Of a DNA stretch of 64,000 nucleotides, positions 10,219 through 18,656 are shown piece by piece; the first letter of the stretch is position 1, and the number at the start of each line of letters is the position of its first letter. Made by a program: the position numbers and the translations under genes. Source of the DNA: Bacteroidales bacterium (GTDB taxonomy: Bacteria > Bacteroidota > Bacteroidia > Bacteroidales > UBA12077); the NCBI GenBank assembly GCA_019038645.1, contig JAHOYT010000002.1, positions 34,679-98,678 on the forward strand. Reading direction: 5' to 3'. The notes under the pieces are model-generated. The model had not been told where the DNA came from, made no database searches, and saw only the letters and a program-made list of their open reading frames with translations.

Positions 10219-13053
10219 GTGGAGGAAAAAATCAAAAGAACTTCTGAAATTAATGTTCTGGGGGCAAGAGTTCATAATTTAAAAAATATTGATGTATCTG
10301 TTCCAAGAAACCAACTGACCGTAATTACAGGATTAAGTGGCAGCGGAAAATCATCGCTGGCTTTTGATACAATTTATGCCGAAGGCCAAAGAAGATATAT
10401 AGAAACACTTTCGGCTTATGCAAGACAATTTCTGGGAACTATGGAACGTCCTGATGTTGATCAGATTACAGGACTAAGTCCCGTTATTTCAATTGAACAG
10501 AAAACAACAAACCGAAATCCAAGATCTACAGTAGGTACTGTAACAGAAATTTACGATTTCCTAAGATTATTATTTGCACGTGCTTCCGATGCATATTCTC
10601 ATGTAACGGGCGAAAAAATGGTTAAGTATACCGATGAACAAATTATTCAACTAATTCTTGAGCAGTTCGAAAATAAGAATATCATTGTATTGTCACCACT
10701 TGTTAAGGGAAGGAAAGGACATTATCGTGAGCTTTTTGAGCAAATAAGAAAGAAAGGATTTTTATATGCGAGAATTAATGGCAAAATAAAAGAACTTGTT
10801 CATGGAATGAAGCTCGATCGGTATAAAACGCATCATATTGAAATGGTAATTGATAAACTGAAAGTATCTGAAAAAGATATTAAGAGGTTGAAAAGAACCA
10901 TAAAAACTGCGATGGATCAGGGTAAGGGTGTATTAATGATTTTGGAAAAAGACTCAGATAAGGTTAACTTTTTCAGTCGTAAACTTATGTGTCCTGTAAG
11001 TGGGATTTCATATAATGAACCGGCTCCGCATACTTTTTCTTTTAATTCGCCACAAGGTGCGTGTACAAAATGCAATGGGCTGGGATACGTAAATGAAATT
11101 GACATTAAAAAAATTATTCCGGATTCAAGCTTAAGTATTAAGAATGGTGGAATATCTCCTTTGGGAAAGTATAAAAACATATTAATATTCTGGCAGCTTG
11201 ATGCAATAGCTGCAAAATATAAATTTACACTCGAAACACCAATAAAAAGCATTCCTGAAAAAGCCATGCAAACAATTTTGTATGGATCCGACGAAACATT
11301 TAAGCTATTAAATACACCTTTAGGTAAATCATCAAATTATTTTTTAAGCTTTGAAGGGATAGTAAATTATATAAATAACTTTCAACGGGAAAAAGTTGTT
11401 GGTACTGGTAAAAAATGGTCAGATCAATTTGTAAAAAAAATAACTTGTTCTGTATGCAATGGTCATCGCTTAAAAAAAGAATCTCTTCATTTTAAAATAG
11501 CTGAAAAAAATATTGCTCAGTTATCTTCTATGGATATTGATGAGTTATATAGTTGGTTTATTAATGTTGAAAAATATCTTTCTGAAAGACAAATGATAAT
11601 TGCGCATGATATTTTAAAGGAAATTAAAGAGCGCTTATCTTTTTTGCTCAATGTAGGATTAAATTATCTGTCATTAAACAGGACTTCGAGAAGCTTATCT
11701 GGCGGGGAAAGTCAGCGAATTCGTCTTGCAACACAGGTGGGTTCTAAATTAGTTAATGTGTTGTATATTCTTGATGAACCAAGTATTGGATTACATCAAA
11801 AAGATAATTTAAAACTAATAAGTTCATTAAAAGAACTGAGAGATTCGGGAAATTCGGTTATCGTTGTTGAGCATGATAAAGAAATGATTTTATCAGCAGA
11901 TCATATAATTGACATGGGACCTAAGGCCGGGAGATATGGTGGTAAAGTTGTAACTGAAGGTTCGCCCGGTGAAATTATGAAATCAGATTCTTTAACCGCA
12001 GCATATCTGAATCATAAAAAACAAATAGAGACTCCTGCTGAAAGAAGACCAGGGAATGGTAAATTTTTAACAATTACAGGTGCAAAAGGTCATAATCTGA
12101 AAAATATATCAGTTAAATTTCCTTTAGGAAAACTCATTTGTGTAACAGGGGTATCCGGTTCAGGTAAATCTTCTTTAATAAACGAAACATTACATCCGGT
12201 ATTAAGTAAACATTTTTACAGGAGTAGCAAACAATTGCTTGAGTACGAGTCTGTTGACGGAATAAAGAATATTGATAAGGTTATTGAAGTAGACCAGTCT
12301 CCTTTAGGCAGAACTCCACGATCTAATCCGGTTACATATACCGGAGTTTTTGGCGATATAAGAAAACTTTTTGAGATTACTCCTGAAGCTAAAATCAGAG
12401 GATATAAGGCTGGTAGATTTTCGTTTAATGTAAAAGGTGGGCGATGCGAAACATGCCAGGGAGCAGGAGTACAGACTATAGAAATGAATTTCTTACCCGA
12501 TGTATATGTTCATTGTAAGGATTGCAACGGGAGACGATACAACCGTGAAACACTGGAAGTTAAATTTAAAGGTAAATCCATTAGCGATGTTCTGGATATG
12601 ACTATTAATCAGTCGGTAGAGTTTTTTGATCAGATACCTTCGATAAAACAGAAGCTTAAGGCATTACAGGGTGTGGGACTGGGGTATATAACACTTGGTC
12701 AGCCATCTACTACCTTGTCTGGTGGAGAATCTCAAAGAGTTAAGCTGGCTGCGGAACTGGCAAAAAGAAATACCGGAAATACTCTTTATATACTTGATGA
12801 ACCAACAACAGGTTTGCATTTTGATGATATCAGAGTACTAATGAAAGTATTAAACAATTTGGTTGATAAAGGAAATACAGTAATAATAATCGAGCATAAT
12901 ATGGATGTAATAAAACTAGCCGATCATATTATTGATCTTGGTAAAGAAGGCGGAGCGAAGGGAGGAGACATTTTATGTACTGGTACACCTGAAGAAATAA
13001 TAAGAAACAAGGAAAGTTATACAGCAAGGTACTTAAAAAAGGAGCTTCAGTAA
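10219..13053 (+). CDS. uvrA: Excinuclease ABC subunit A
   Basis: 944 aa with two ABC modules (GLSGSGKSS, GVSGSGKSS; LSGGESQR twice) and zinc-finger cysteines (CTKCNG, CETCQGAG...CKDCNG). GTG start. Confidence 0.95.
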   Translation: MEEKIKRTSEINVLGARVHNLKNIDVSVPRNQLTVITGLSGSGKSSLAFDTIYAEGQRRYIETLSAYARQFLGTMERPDVDQITGLSPVISIEQKTTNRNPRSTVGTVTEIYDFLRLLFARASDAYSHVTGEKMVKYTDEQIIQLILEQFENKNIIVLSPLVKGRKGHYRELFEQIRKKGFLYARINGKIKELVHGMKLDRYKTHHIEMVIDKLKVSEKDIKRLKRTIKTAMDQGKGVLMILEKDSDKVNFFSRKLMCPVSGISYNEPAPHTFSFNSPQGACTKCNGLGYVNEIDIKKIIPDSSLSIKNGGISPLGKYKNILIFWQLDAIAAKYKFTLETPIKSIPEKAMQTILYGSDETFKLLNTPLGKSSNYFLSFEGIVNYINNFQREKVVGTGKKWSDQFVKKITCSVCNGHRLKKESLHFKIAEKNIAQLSSMDIDELYSWFINVEKYLSERQMIIAHDILKEIKERLSFLLNVGLNYLSLNRTSRSLSGGESQRIRLATQVGSKLVNVLYILDEPSIGLHQKDNLKLISSLKELRDSGNSVIVVEHDKEMILSADHIIDMGPKAGRYGGKVVTEGSPGEIMKSDSLTAAYLNHKKQIETPAERRPGNGKFLTITGAKGHNLKNISVKFPLGKLICVTGVSGSGKSSLINETLHPVLSKHFYRSSKQLLEYESVDGIKNIDKVIEVDQSPLGRTPRSNPVTYTGVFGDIRKLFEITPEAKIRGYKAGRFSFNVKGGRCETCQGAGVQTIEMNFLPDVYVHCKDCNGRRYNRETLEVKFKGKSISDVLDMTINQSVEFFDQIPSIKQKLKALQGVGLGYITLGQPSTTLSGGESQRVKLAAELAKRNTGNTLYILDEPTTGLHFDDIRVLMKVLNNLVDKGNTVIIIEHNMDVIKLADHIIDLGKEGGAKGGDILCTGTPEEIIRNKESYTARYLKKELQ

Positions 13054-13121
13054 AATATTTCGCAAAAAAGATTAAATTAGTGTGATTAATGATTTATATA
13101 TGATTTCAAATACTTTAGCAT

Positions 13122-13829
13122 ATGACAAACAAAGAATTAATACAGGACGCTTTTCAGAATAAAGACTGGAACGAAGTTCAGACATCTGATTCATGGGAAA
13201 TTTTCAAGGTAATGGCCGAATTTGTTGAGGGCTTCTCTAAATTGTCAAAGATTGGCCCGTGTGTTTCAATATTTGGTTCGGCAAGAACAAAACCCAATAA
13301 TAAATACTTTAAACTGGCTGAGGATATTGCTTTTAAATTAACACAACATGGCTACGGTGTTATTACAGGAGGAGGACCGGGAATAATGGAAGCGGGTAAT
13401 ATGGGAGCTAAAAAAGGAAACGGTAAATCGGTTGGACTAAATATTGATTTACCATTCGAGCAATCAGGTAATATATTTATTGATCCGGATAAATTAATCA
13501 GTTTCGAGCATTTTTTTGTTCGTAAAACAATGTTTGTAAAATATGCACAGGGTTTTATTGTTTTGCCGGGAGGATTCGGAACATTCGATGAACTCTTTGA
13601 AGCGATAACACTTATTCAGACTGAAAAAATTGGAAAGTTTCCTATCATACTTGTTGGCTCTTCTTATTGGCAGGGATTAATAGATTGGGTGAAAAATGTT
13701 GTATTGGCCGAAGAACACAATATCAGCGAAAGTGACCTTGACTTAATACAAATAGTTGACACTGCTGATGAGGCCGTTGATAAAATTAATGAATTTTATT
13801 CGGGGTATTTATTAAGTCCAAATTTTTAA
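13122..13829 (+). CDS. LOG-family protein (TIGR00730 Rossmann fold; cytokinin riboside 5'-monophosphate phosphoribohydrolase-like)
   Basis: GGGPGIMEA and PGGFGTFDELFE motifs diagnostic of the LOG family. Confidence 0.8.
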   Translation: MTNKELIQDAFQNKDWNEVQTSDSWEIFKVMAEFVEGFSKLSKIGPCVSIFGSARTKPNNKYFKLAEDIAFKLTQHGYGVITGGGPGIMEAGNMGAKKGNGKSVGLNIDLPFEQSGNIFIDPDKLISFEHFFVRKTMFVKYAQGFIVLPGGFGTFDELFEAITLIQTEKIGKFPIILVGSSYWQGLIDWVKNVVLAEEHNISESDLDLIQIVDTADEAVDKINEFYSGYLLSPNF

Positions 13830-13875
13830 TTTATTATATTTATTTTTAAAGGTATAATTATTAACAAACCAGTAA

Positions 13876-13899
13876 AGTTATTAACAAATGTTAATAACT
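13876..13899. promoter_or_regulatory. Perfect 11-2-11 palindrome AGTTATTAACA-AA-TGTTAATAACT, a candidate operator
   Basis: Read directly from the sequence. A third direct copy of TTATTAACAAA lies at 13858-13868. It sits in the gap upstream of the 13974 gene. Confidence 0.3.
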
Positions 13900-13973
13900 A
13901 TTGTTGACATTTTGTTAGTTTTGTTTTAAATAGCTATTTTTATTGAGCTTTGATAAACTAATACATATGCATT

Positions 13974-15305
13974 ATGATTAAACATTTAATGCTTCTCTTA
14001 AATATGTTTATACTGTTGGTTCTGAATTCTGTTTTTTCAGATGTGGCTGTAAACATGACTGCAGCAGATCAGGTAGAAGCAGGAGATGAGATTTATGTTG
14101 AAATAAATTTAAGTAAATCAGATTACGACAGCTTTGCAAGATTCCAACAGGAAATTCCGGCAGGACTAAATGCTGTGCCTGTTAATACAGCTAATGCAGA
14201 TTTTAGTTTTAAAGATCAAAAAGTTAAATTTATCTGGCTTAAACTTCCTGATGATCAGAACATAACAATTTCATATAAGTTGCAGGTTAATCAAAGATTA
14301 AAAGGTAAATTTGATCTGAAAGGAACTTTTTCATATATCTCCGATAATGAAAGAAATTCTGTAGCAGTTACTCCTCAAAGTATAGTAATTACAGCTTCTG
14401 CAACAATCGACCCTAAAATGATTGTTGATATTAAAGATTTTAAAAACCTTGTAAGTCCTGTTCAACAAAGCAAAACAGGAATTGAGCAGGTAAAATGTAT
14501 TAGACAAACACCATACCTTGCTGATCAGGGGAATGATTATATTGTCAATTTATTAGTAAACAAAGGTAATAAAGAAAAATTTGCAAAAATTCAGGAAGAT
14601 GTTCCTGATGGTTATTCAGCTGTGAGTTTAGAAAGTAAAGACGCTATTTTTACTTTTAAAGATCAAACAGTTAAGCTCCTTTGGATGAACCTTCCTGCCG
14701 AAAAGTATTTTGTAGTTTCATATAAACTCGTACCGGACGAAGGGAATAGTGAAAAACCAAATCTGAATGGAACTTTTTCTTATATTGAAAGTGATAATAC
14801 TCTAAGTATTAATATTGTTGAAAAAGATGTTAATCTTAAAAATGCAGCACCAGAGAACTTGCTCGCTATTATTAATTCTACCGAAGCAATTAGCAGTAAA
14901 GCAATTTCATATGTTCAACCGCAGGACTATTCCGGAAAAGTGAAAATAGAAATAGCCGAAAGCGCGCTTAAACTAATTAATGAGAATAGTAAATTAACTA
15001 ATATGTTGGAACCTGAATCAGGTATTTATTATCGTGTTCAGATTGCTGCCGGCCACAGACCAATAAATATGGACAGATATTTCAGGAAATATAATCTGGA
15101 TAAAGAAGTTCGCATTGAGTTTCACGAAGGCTGGAGAAAATATTCTGTTGGATCGTTTAATGTGTACAAAGCAGCAAGAGATTACCGGGTTCACATTTGG
15201 AATACAACAACAATTGATGATGCGTTTGTTTCAGCGTACAATGACGGAAAACGTGTTGTTGTGCAAGAGGCTTTAATGATAACAAATCACGAATGGTATC
15301 GCTAA
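13974..15305 (+). CDS. Secreted protein with an internally duplicated ~95-aa domain and a C-terminal SPOR (peptidoglycan-binding) domain
   Basis: Signal peptide. Repeat A covers ~14079-14363 and repeat B ~14526-14810 (FARFQQEIPAGLNAV...FSFKDQKVKFIWLKLP...GTFSYISDN versus FAKIQEDVPDGYSAV...FTFKDQTVKLLWMNLP...GTFSYIESDN). SPOR-like tail YYRVQIAAG...WRKYSVGSF...AFVSAYNDG from ~15024. Confidence 0.65.
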   Translation: MIKHLMLLLNMFILLVLNSVFSDVAVNMTAADQVEAGDEIYVEINLSKSDYDSFARFQQEIPAGLNAVPVNTANADFSFKDQKVKFIWLKLPDDQNITISYKLQVNQRLKGKFDLKGTFSYISDNERNSVAVTPQSIVITASATIDPKMIVDIKDFKNLVSPVQQSKTGIEQVKCIRQTPYLADQGNDYIVNLLVNKGNKEKFAKIQEDVPDGYSAVSLESKDAIFTFKDQTVKLLWMNLPAEKYFVVSYKLVPDEGNSEKPNLNGTFSYIESDNTLSINIVEKDVNLKNAAPENLLAIINSTEAISSKAISYVQPQDYSGKVKIEIAESALKLINENSKLTNMLEPESGIYYRVQIAAGHRPINMDRYFRKYNLDKEVRIEFHEGWRKYSVGSFNVYKAARDYRVHIWNTTTIDDAFVSAYNDGKRVVVQEALMITNHEWYR

Positions 15306-15324
15306 TTTAAACTGGACTTTTCCA

Positions 15325-16689
15325 ATGAGGTTTATTAAATTTGTATCCGTATTAATTATTATTTTCCTGAGCGCCCAGCTTGTTTTTGCACAAGGCGGTT
15401 ATGAAGATCTCCTTTTCGAAGAAGTTGAGGTGGAAAATCCTGTTTATATGCCCGTAATAGGACTTGGAGCAGGTGTTATTAATTATTATGGTGAATTAAA
15501 AAACGATGTAAAGAATCTCATCCAGGGTCAACCAACTTTTCGTGGGAATATTTACCAGTATATCGACAATAAACATTATTGGAAAGTAAATGCTAATATA
15601 TTGTATGGGAAGATATCCGGTTATGAAAGTTCATATGAAGATACAAGCCGAAATATGAATTTTGAATCCAGTATATTTAGTGTTGGTTTAAATGTTGAAT
15701 ACAGTTTTGGAAATATTTATAAAGGAGGGAAAAAGATAGTGCCTTTTATTTCGCTGGGAGGCGAATATTTTAATTTTAGTTCAAAAACAGATAAAATATA
15801 TGTAGAAAGGGATGGAAGCGGGAATGTAATATTTTCAGGTGATTACAGATATTTCCCTGATGGAACAATACGGGTTGGTGACCGATTGGTTTCCAGAGAT
15901 TATGAATATGAAACAGATATTCGTAAAGAAGACCCTTTTGGAAGAGGTGATTATACACAAAGTTCAATTGCATTAACAGCGGATGTTGGTGTTGATTTTA
16001 AAGTGAGCGACAGGGTTGCACTCAGATTGGCAACATCACTTCATTATACGTTTACTGATGATCTGGATGGAGTTAGTAGCGACAACACAGTAGGTAGAAT
16101 TGGAGATGCTGCTACTGATATGTTTACACTTACATATGTGGCATTGAATATTGATTTATTTTCCGAGGCGAAAACAAAAATTATAGAAAATCTATTTGCC
16201 GATGTTACCGGAGATTTCGACTATACATTAATTGCAGATAGTGATAGAGACGGATATCTTGATTTAGCAGATGACTGTCCGGAAACTCCGGCTGGTGTGC
16301 CTGTTGATTCATTAGGTTGTCCGCATGATGATGATAAAGATGGTATTCCAAATTATATCGATAAGGAACAATTCTCGAATAAAGGAGCTATTGTGGATGA
16401 ATTTGGAGCTGAATTAAGTGCCAATAAAATCAGAGATGGATTATTTCAGGATTTAGCGGCTGTTGAACGTGACGCTGTTTACATGATGCCAATTGGAATG
16501 GGTTGGTCAAAATATGACGAAATGACTAATCTGGAAATACCTGAAAAATTTAAGAAACTGGATATTGACGGAGATGCTTATATTTCATTTGATGAATTAC
16601 TTGAAGCCATAAGCGAATTTTTTGATTTTGATTCGGAGTTTAAAACCGAAGATATTTATGAGCTGAATAGTTTCTTCTTTGCTCAGTAG
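15325..16689 (+). CDS. Outer-membrane beta-barrel protein with thrombospondin type-3 repeats and a C-terminal EF-hand; no OmpA_C domain
   Basis: Signal peptide (LSAQLVFAQG). N-terminal barrel-like strands. TSP3 motifs DSDRDGYLDLADDCPETPAG...DDDKDGIPNYIDKE (16237-16368). Canonical 12-residue EF loop DIDGDAYISFDE (16561-16596). Confidence 0.6.
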   Translation: MRFIKFVSVLIIIFLSAQLVFAQGGYEDLLFEEVEVENPVYMPVIGLGAGVINYYGELKNDVKNLIQGQPTFRGNIYQYIDNKHYWKVNANILYGKISGYESSYEDTSRNMNFESSIFSVGLNVEYSFGNIYKGGKKIVPFISLGGEYFNFSSKTDKIYVERDGSGNVIFSGDYRYFPDGTIRVGDRLVSRDYEYETDIRKEDPFGRGDYTQSSIALTADVGVDFKVSDRVALRLATSLHYTFTDDLDGVSSDNTVGRIGDAATDMFTLTYVALNIDLFSEAKTKIIENLFADVTGDFDYTLIADSDRDGYLDLADDCPETPAGVPVDSLGCPHDDDKDGIPNYIDKEQFSNKGAIVDEFGAELSANKIRDGLFQDLAAVERDAVYMMPIGMGWSKYDEMTNLEIPEKFKKLDIDGDAYISFDELLEAISEFFDFDSEFKTEDIYELNSFFFAQ

Positions 16690-16706
16690 TTAACAGGAAA
16701 AATATA

Positions 16707-17156
16707 TTAATATTTTCTTACGCGGTCCATGTCCCGTTTAAGGTCTTTGTTTTTTATTTCTTCACGTTTATCATATTCCTGCTTACCTTTTGCCAGCGCT
16801 ATTTCTACTTTTGCCCAGCCTCTTTCATTGATAAAAATCCTTATTGCAACAATAGTAAGTCCTTTAACTGTTGATTTTCTTTCAAGTTTTTTTAACTCAC
16901 GTTTATTTAAAAGGAGCTTTCTGTCTTGTCCCGGATCATGATTAACATGCGTTCCAAAAGAATATTCAGAAATTGAAAGCCCACGTATAAATAATTCTTT
17001 ATTGTAGAATATACAGTAAGAATCACCCATGTTTGCTTTGCCGGATCTAATAGATTTAATTTCCGTACCAGTAAGTTTAATTCCGGCAATATACTTTTCT
17101 ATAAAGGTAAAATTAAATCCTGCTTTTTTATTTCTGATATTAATGTTGTTTTGCAT
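16707..17156 (-). CDS. smpB: SsrA-binding protein
   Basis: 149 aa with the typical SmpB pattern (NKKAGFNF...GTEIKSIR...LLLNKRELKKL). Confidence 0.9.
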   Translation of the reverse strand: MQNNINIRNKKAGFNFTFIEKYIAGIKLTGTEIKSIRSGKANMGDSYCIFYNKELFIRGLSISEYSFGTHVNHDPGQDRKLLLNKRELKKLERKSTVKGLTIVAIRIFINERGWAKVEIALAKGKQEYDKREEIKNKDLKRDMDRVRKY

Positions 17157-17198
17157 GTCATTATTTTTTTACCAGCAACAAAGTTATTTTATTTACTT

Positions 17199-17206
17199 TA
17201 ACTTTG
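17199..17206 (+). promoter_or_regulatory. Candidate -7 box TAACTTTG upstream of miaA
   Basis: Matches TAnnTTTG, 20 nt upstream of the ATG at 17226. No clear -33 TTTG partner. Confidence 0.3.
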
Positions 17207-17225
17207 AATATAAAATTTGGTATTT

Positions 17226-18146
17226 ATGAGTTCGAAGTATGATATGCTTACTATTCTTGGACCAACGGCAGGTGGTAAAACATCTGTTGCTGCGAGAATG
17301 GCTTATATTTTAAAAGGAGAGATTATTAGTGCGGATTCCAGACAGGTATATCGCGAAATGGATTTAGGAACGGGTAAAGACCTGGATGATTATATTGTGG
17401 AAGGGAGAAAAATTCCTTATCATTTAATTGATATTGTTGAGGTTGGGTATAAATATAATGTTTATGAATATCAGCGTGATTTTTTAAAAGTTTATTCGGA
17501 TTTGAAGGTGGTTAATAAATTTCCTGTATTTTGTGGTGGTTCAGGAATGTATCTGGATGCTGTCTTGAAAGGATATAAACTTACAAAAGTTGCGGCAAAC
17601 GAACAGTTAAGAAGTGAACTTGAAAATAAAGACACCGAAGAATTAATAGGTATATTAAAATCATTTAAGAAATTACATAATACATCAGATATTGACTCCC
17701 GAAAAAGAATGATAAGGGCTATAGAGATTGAAACTTTCTATGATGAATCTAAGGATGTTGATGATTATTTCCCGGATATCAAAACACTTTTAATCGGAGT
17801 TAAGTTTGACAGAGATTCCAGACGTAGAAGAATCACAGAACGCCTGAAGCAAAGATTAGATGAAGGAATGATTGATGAAGCTAAAAGCATCCTGGATAAA
17901 GGCGTATCTCCTGAAAATCTTATTTATTATGGTTTAGAATATAAATATCTTACTCAACATGTAATCGGAGAGATATCGTATAACGAAATGTTTAAGCAAC
18001 TGGAAACTGCTATCCATCAGTTTGCAAAACGGCAAATGACCTGGTTTCGCAGGATGGAAAGGAAAGGATTTAAAATATTCTGGCTCGACGGATATTCACC
18101 AATGAAAGAAAAAACGGAGAGAATAATGGATTTGTTAAATTCCTGA
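17226..18146 (+). CDS. miaA: tRNA dimethylallyltransferase
   Basis: P-loop GPTAGGKTS, then SADSRQVYREMDLGT. I prefer the ATG at 17226 over the TTG at 17217 given in the ORF track. Confidence 0.85.
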   Translation: MSSKYDMLTILGPTAGGKTSVAARMAYILKGEIISADSRQVYREMDLGTGKDLDDYIVEGRKIPYHLIDIVEVGYKYNVYEYQRDFLKVYSDLKVVNKFPVFCGGSGMYLDAVLKGYKLTKVAANEQLRSELENKDTEELIGILKSFKKLHNTSDIDSRKRMIRAIEIETFYDESKDVDDYFPDIKTLLIGVKFDRDSRRRRITERLKQRLDEGMIDEAKSILDKGVSPENLIYYGLEYKYLTQHVIGEISYNEMFKQLETAIHQFAKRQMTWFRRMERKGFKIFWLDGYSPMKEKTERIMDLLNS

Positions 18147-18150
18147 GATT

Positions 18151-18540
18151 TTAAAAAATAAACCAGTCAAACTGATCTAGTTTAAATATTACAAAAAAAG
18201 TAATTATAAGATTAATTACGGAAAATATATAATTATACAATTCCCGGTATTTTTTGAAATTTCTTCGGAACAGAATGCCCAGATTAGGAATAAATAAACA
18301 GATTAACAAGCCAAAAAAGAATACTTCGCTTAGCTGATTCTCAATATCACTTGGACCATAAAACATGAATAAATAAACGCAAACTAAAAGAGTTGCTAAA
18401 TAAATTAAATAAGAAATCTTTAAGCTAATTGTTGAAACTAGTCTTTTGTAATTTAAAAGAAATGGTTTTACAATTATAAATGCCAGAACATAAATAATCA
18501 AAAACACAATCATTAATAAAAAATGAAAAACTGTTTCCAT
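18151..18540 (-). CDS. Hypothetical small membrane protein (about 4 TM helices)
   Basis: The ORF is strongly hydrophobic in segments. No recognisable motif. Confidence 0.4.
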   Translation of the reverse strand: METVFHFLLMIVFLIIYVLAFIIVKPFLLNYKRLVSTISLKISYLIYLATLLVCVYLFMFYGPSDIENQLSEVFFFGLLICLFIPNLGILFRRNFKKYRELYNYIFSVINLIITFFVIFKLDQFDWFIF

Positions 18541-18600
18541 TAATCAAGGACTGAAATGAATAAACTGAATTTGGAATAAATTTACATGATTTAAATAATA

Positions 18601-18632
18601 AAAGCAAAAAGCCGGAAATGAATGATTCCGGC
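18601..18632 (-). terminator. Intrinsic terminator downstream of the S9 peptidase gene
   Basis: Read on the minus strand: GCCGGAA-loop-TTCCGGC followed by TTTTTGCTTT. Confidence 0.55.
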
Positions 18633-18656
18633 CTTAGTTGTCTTATTGAATAATGT

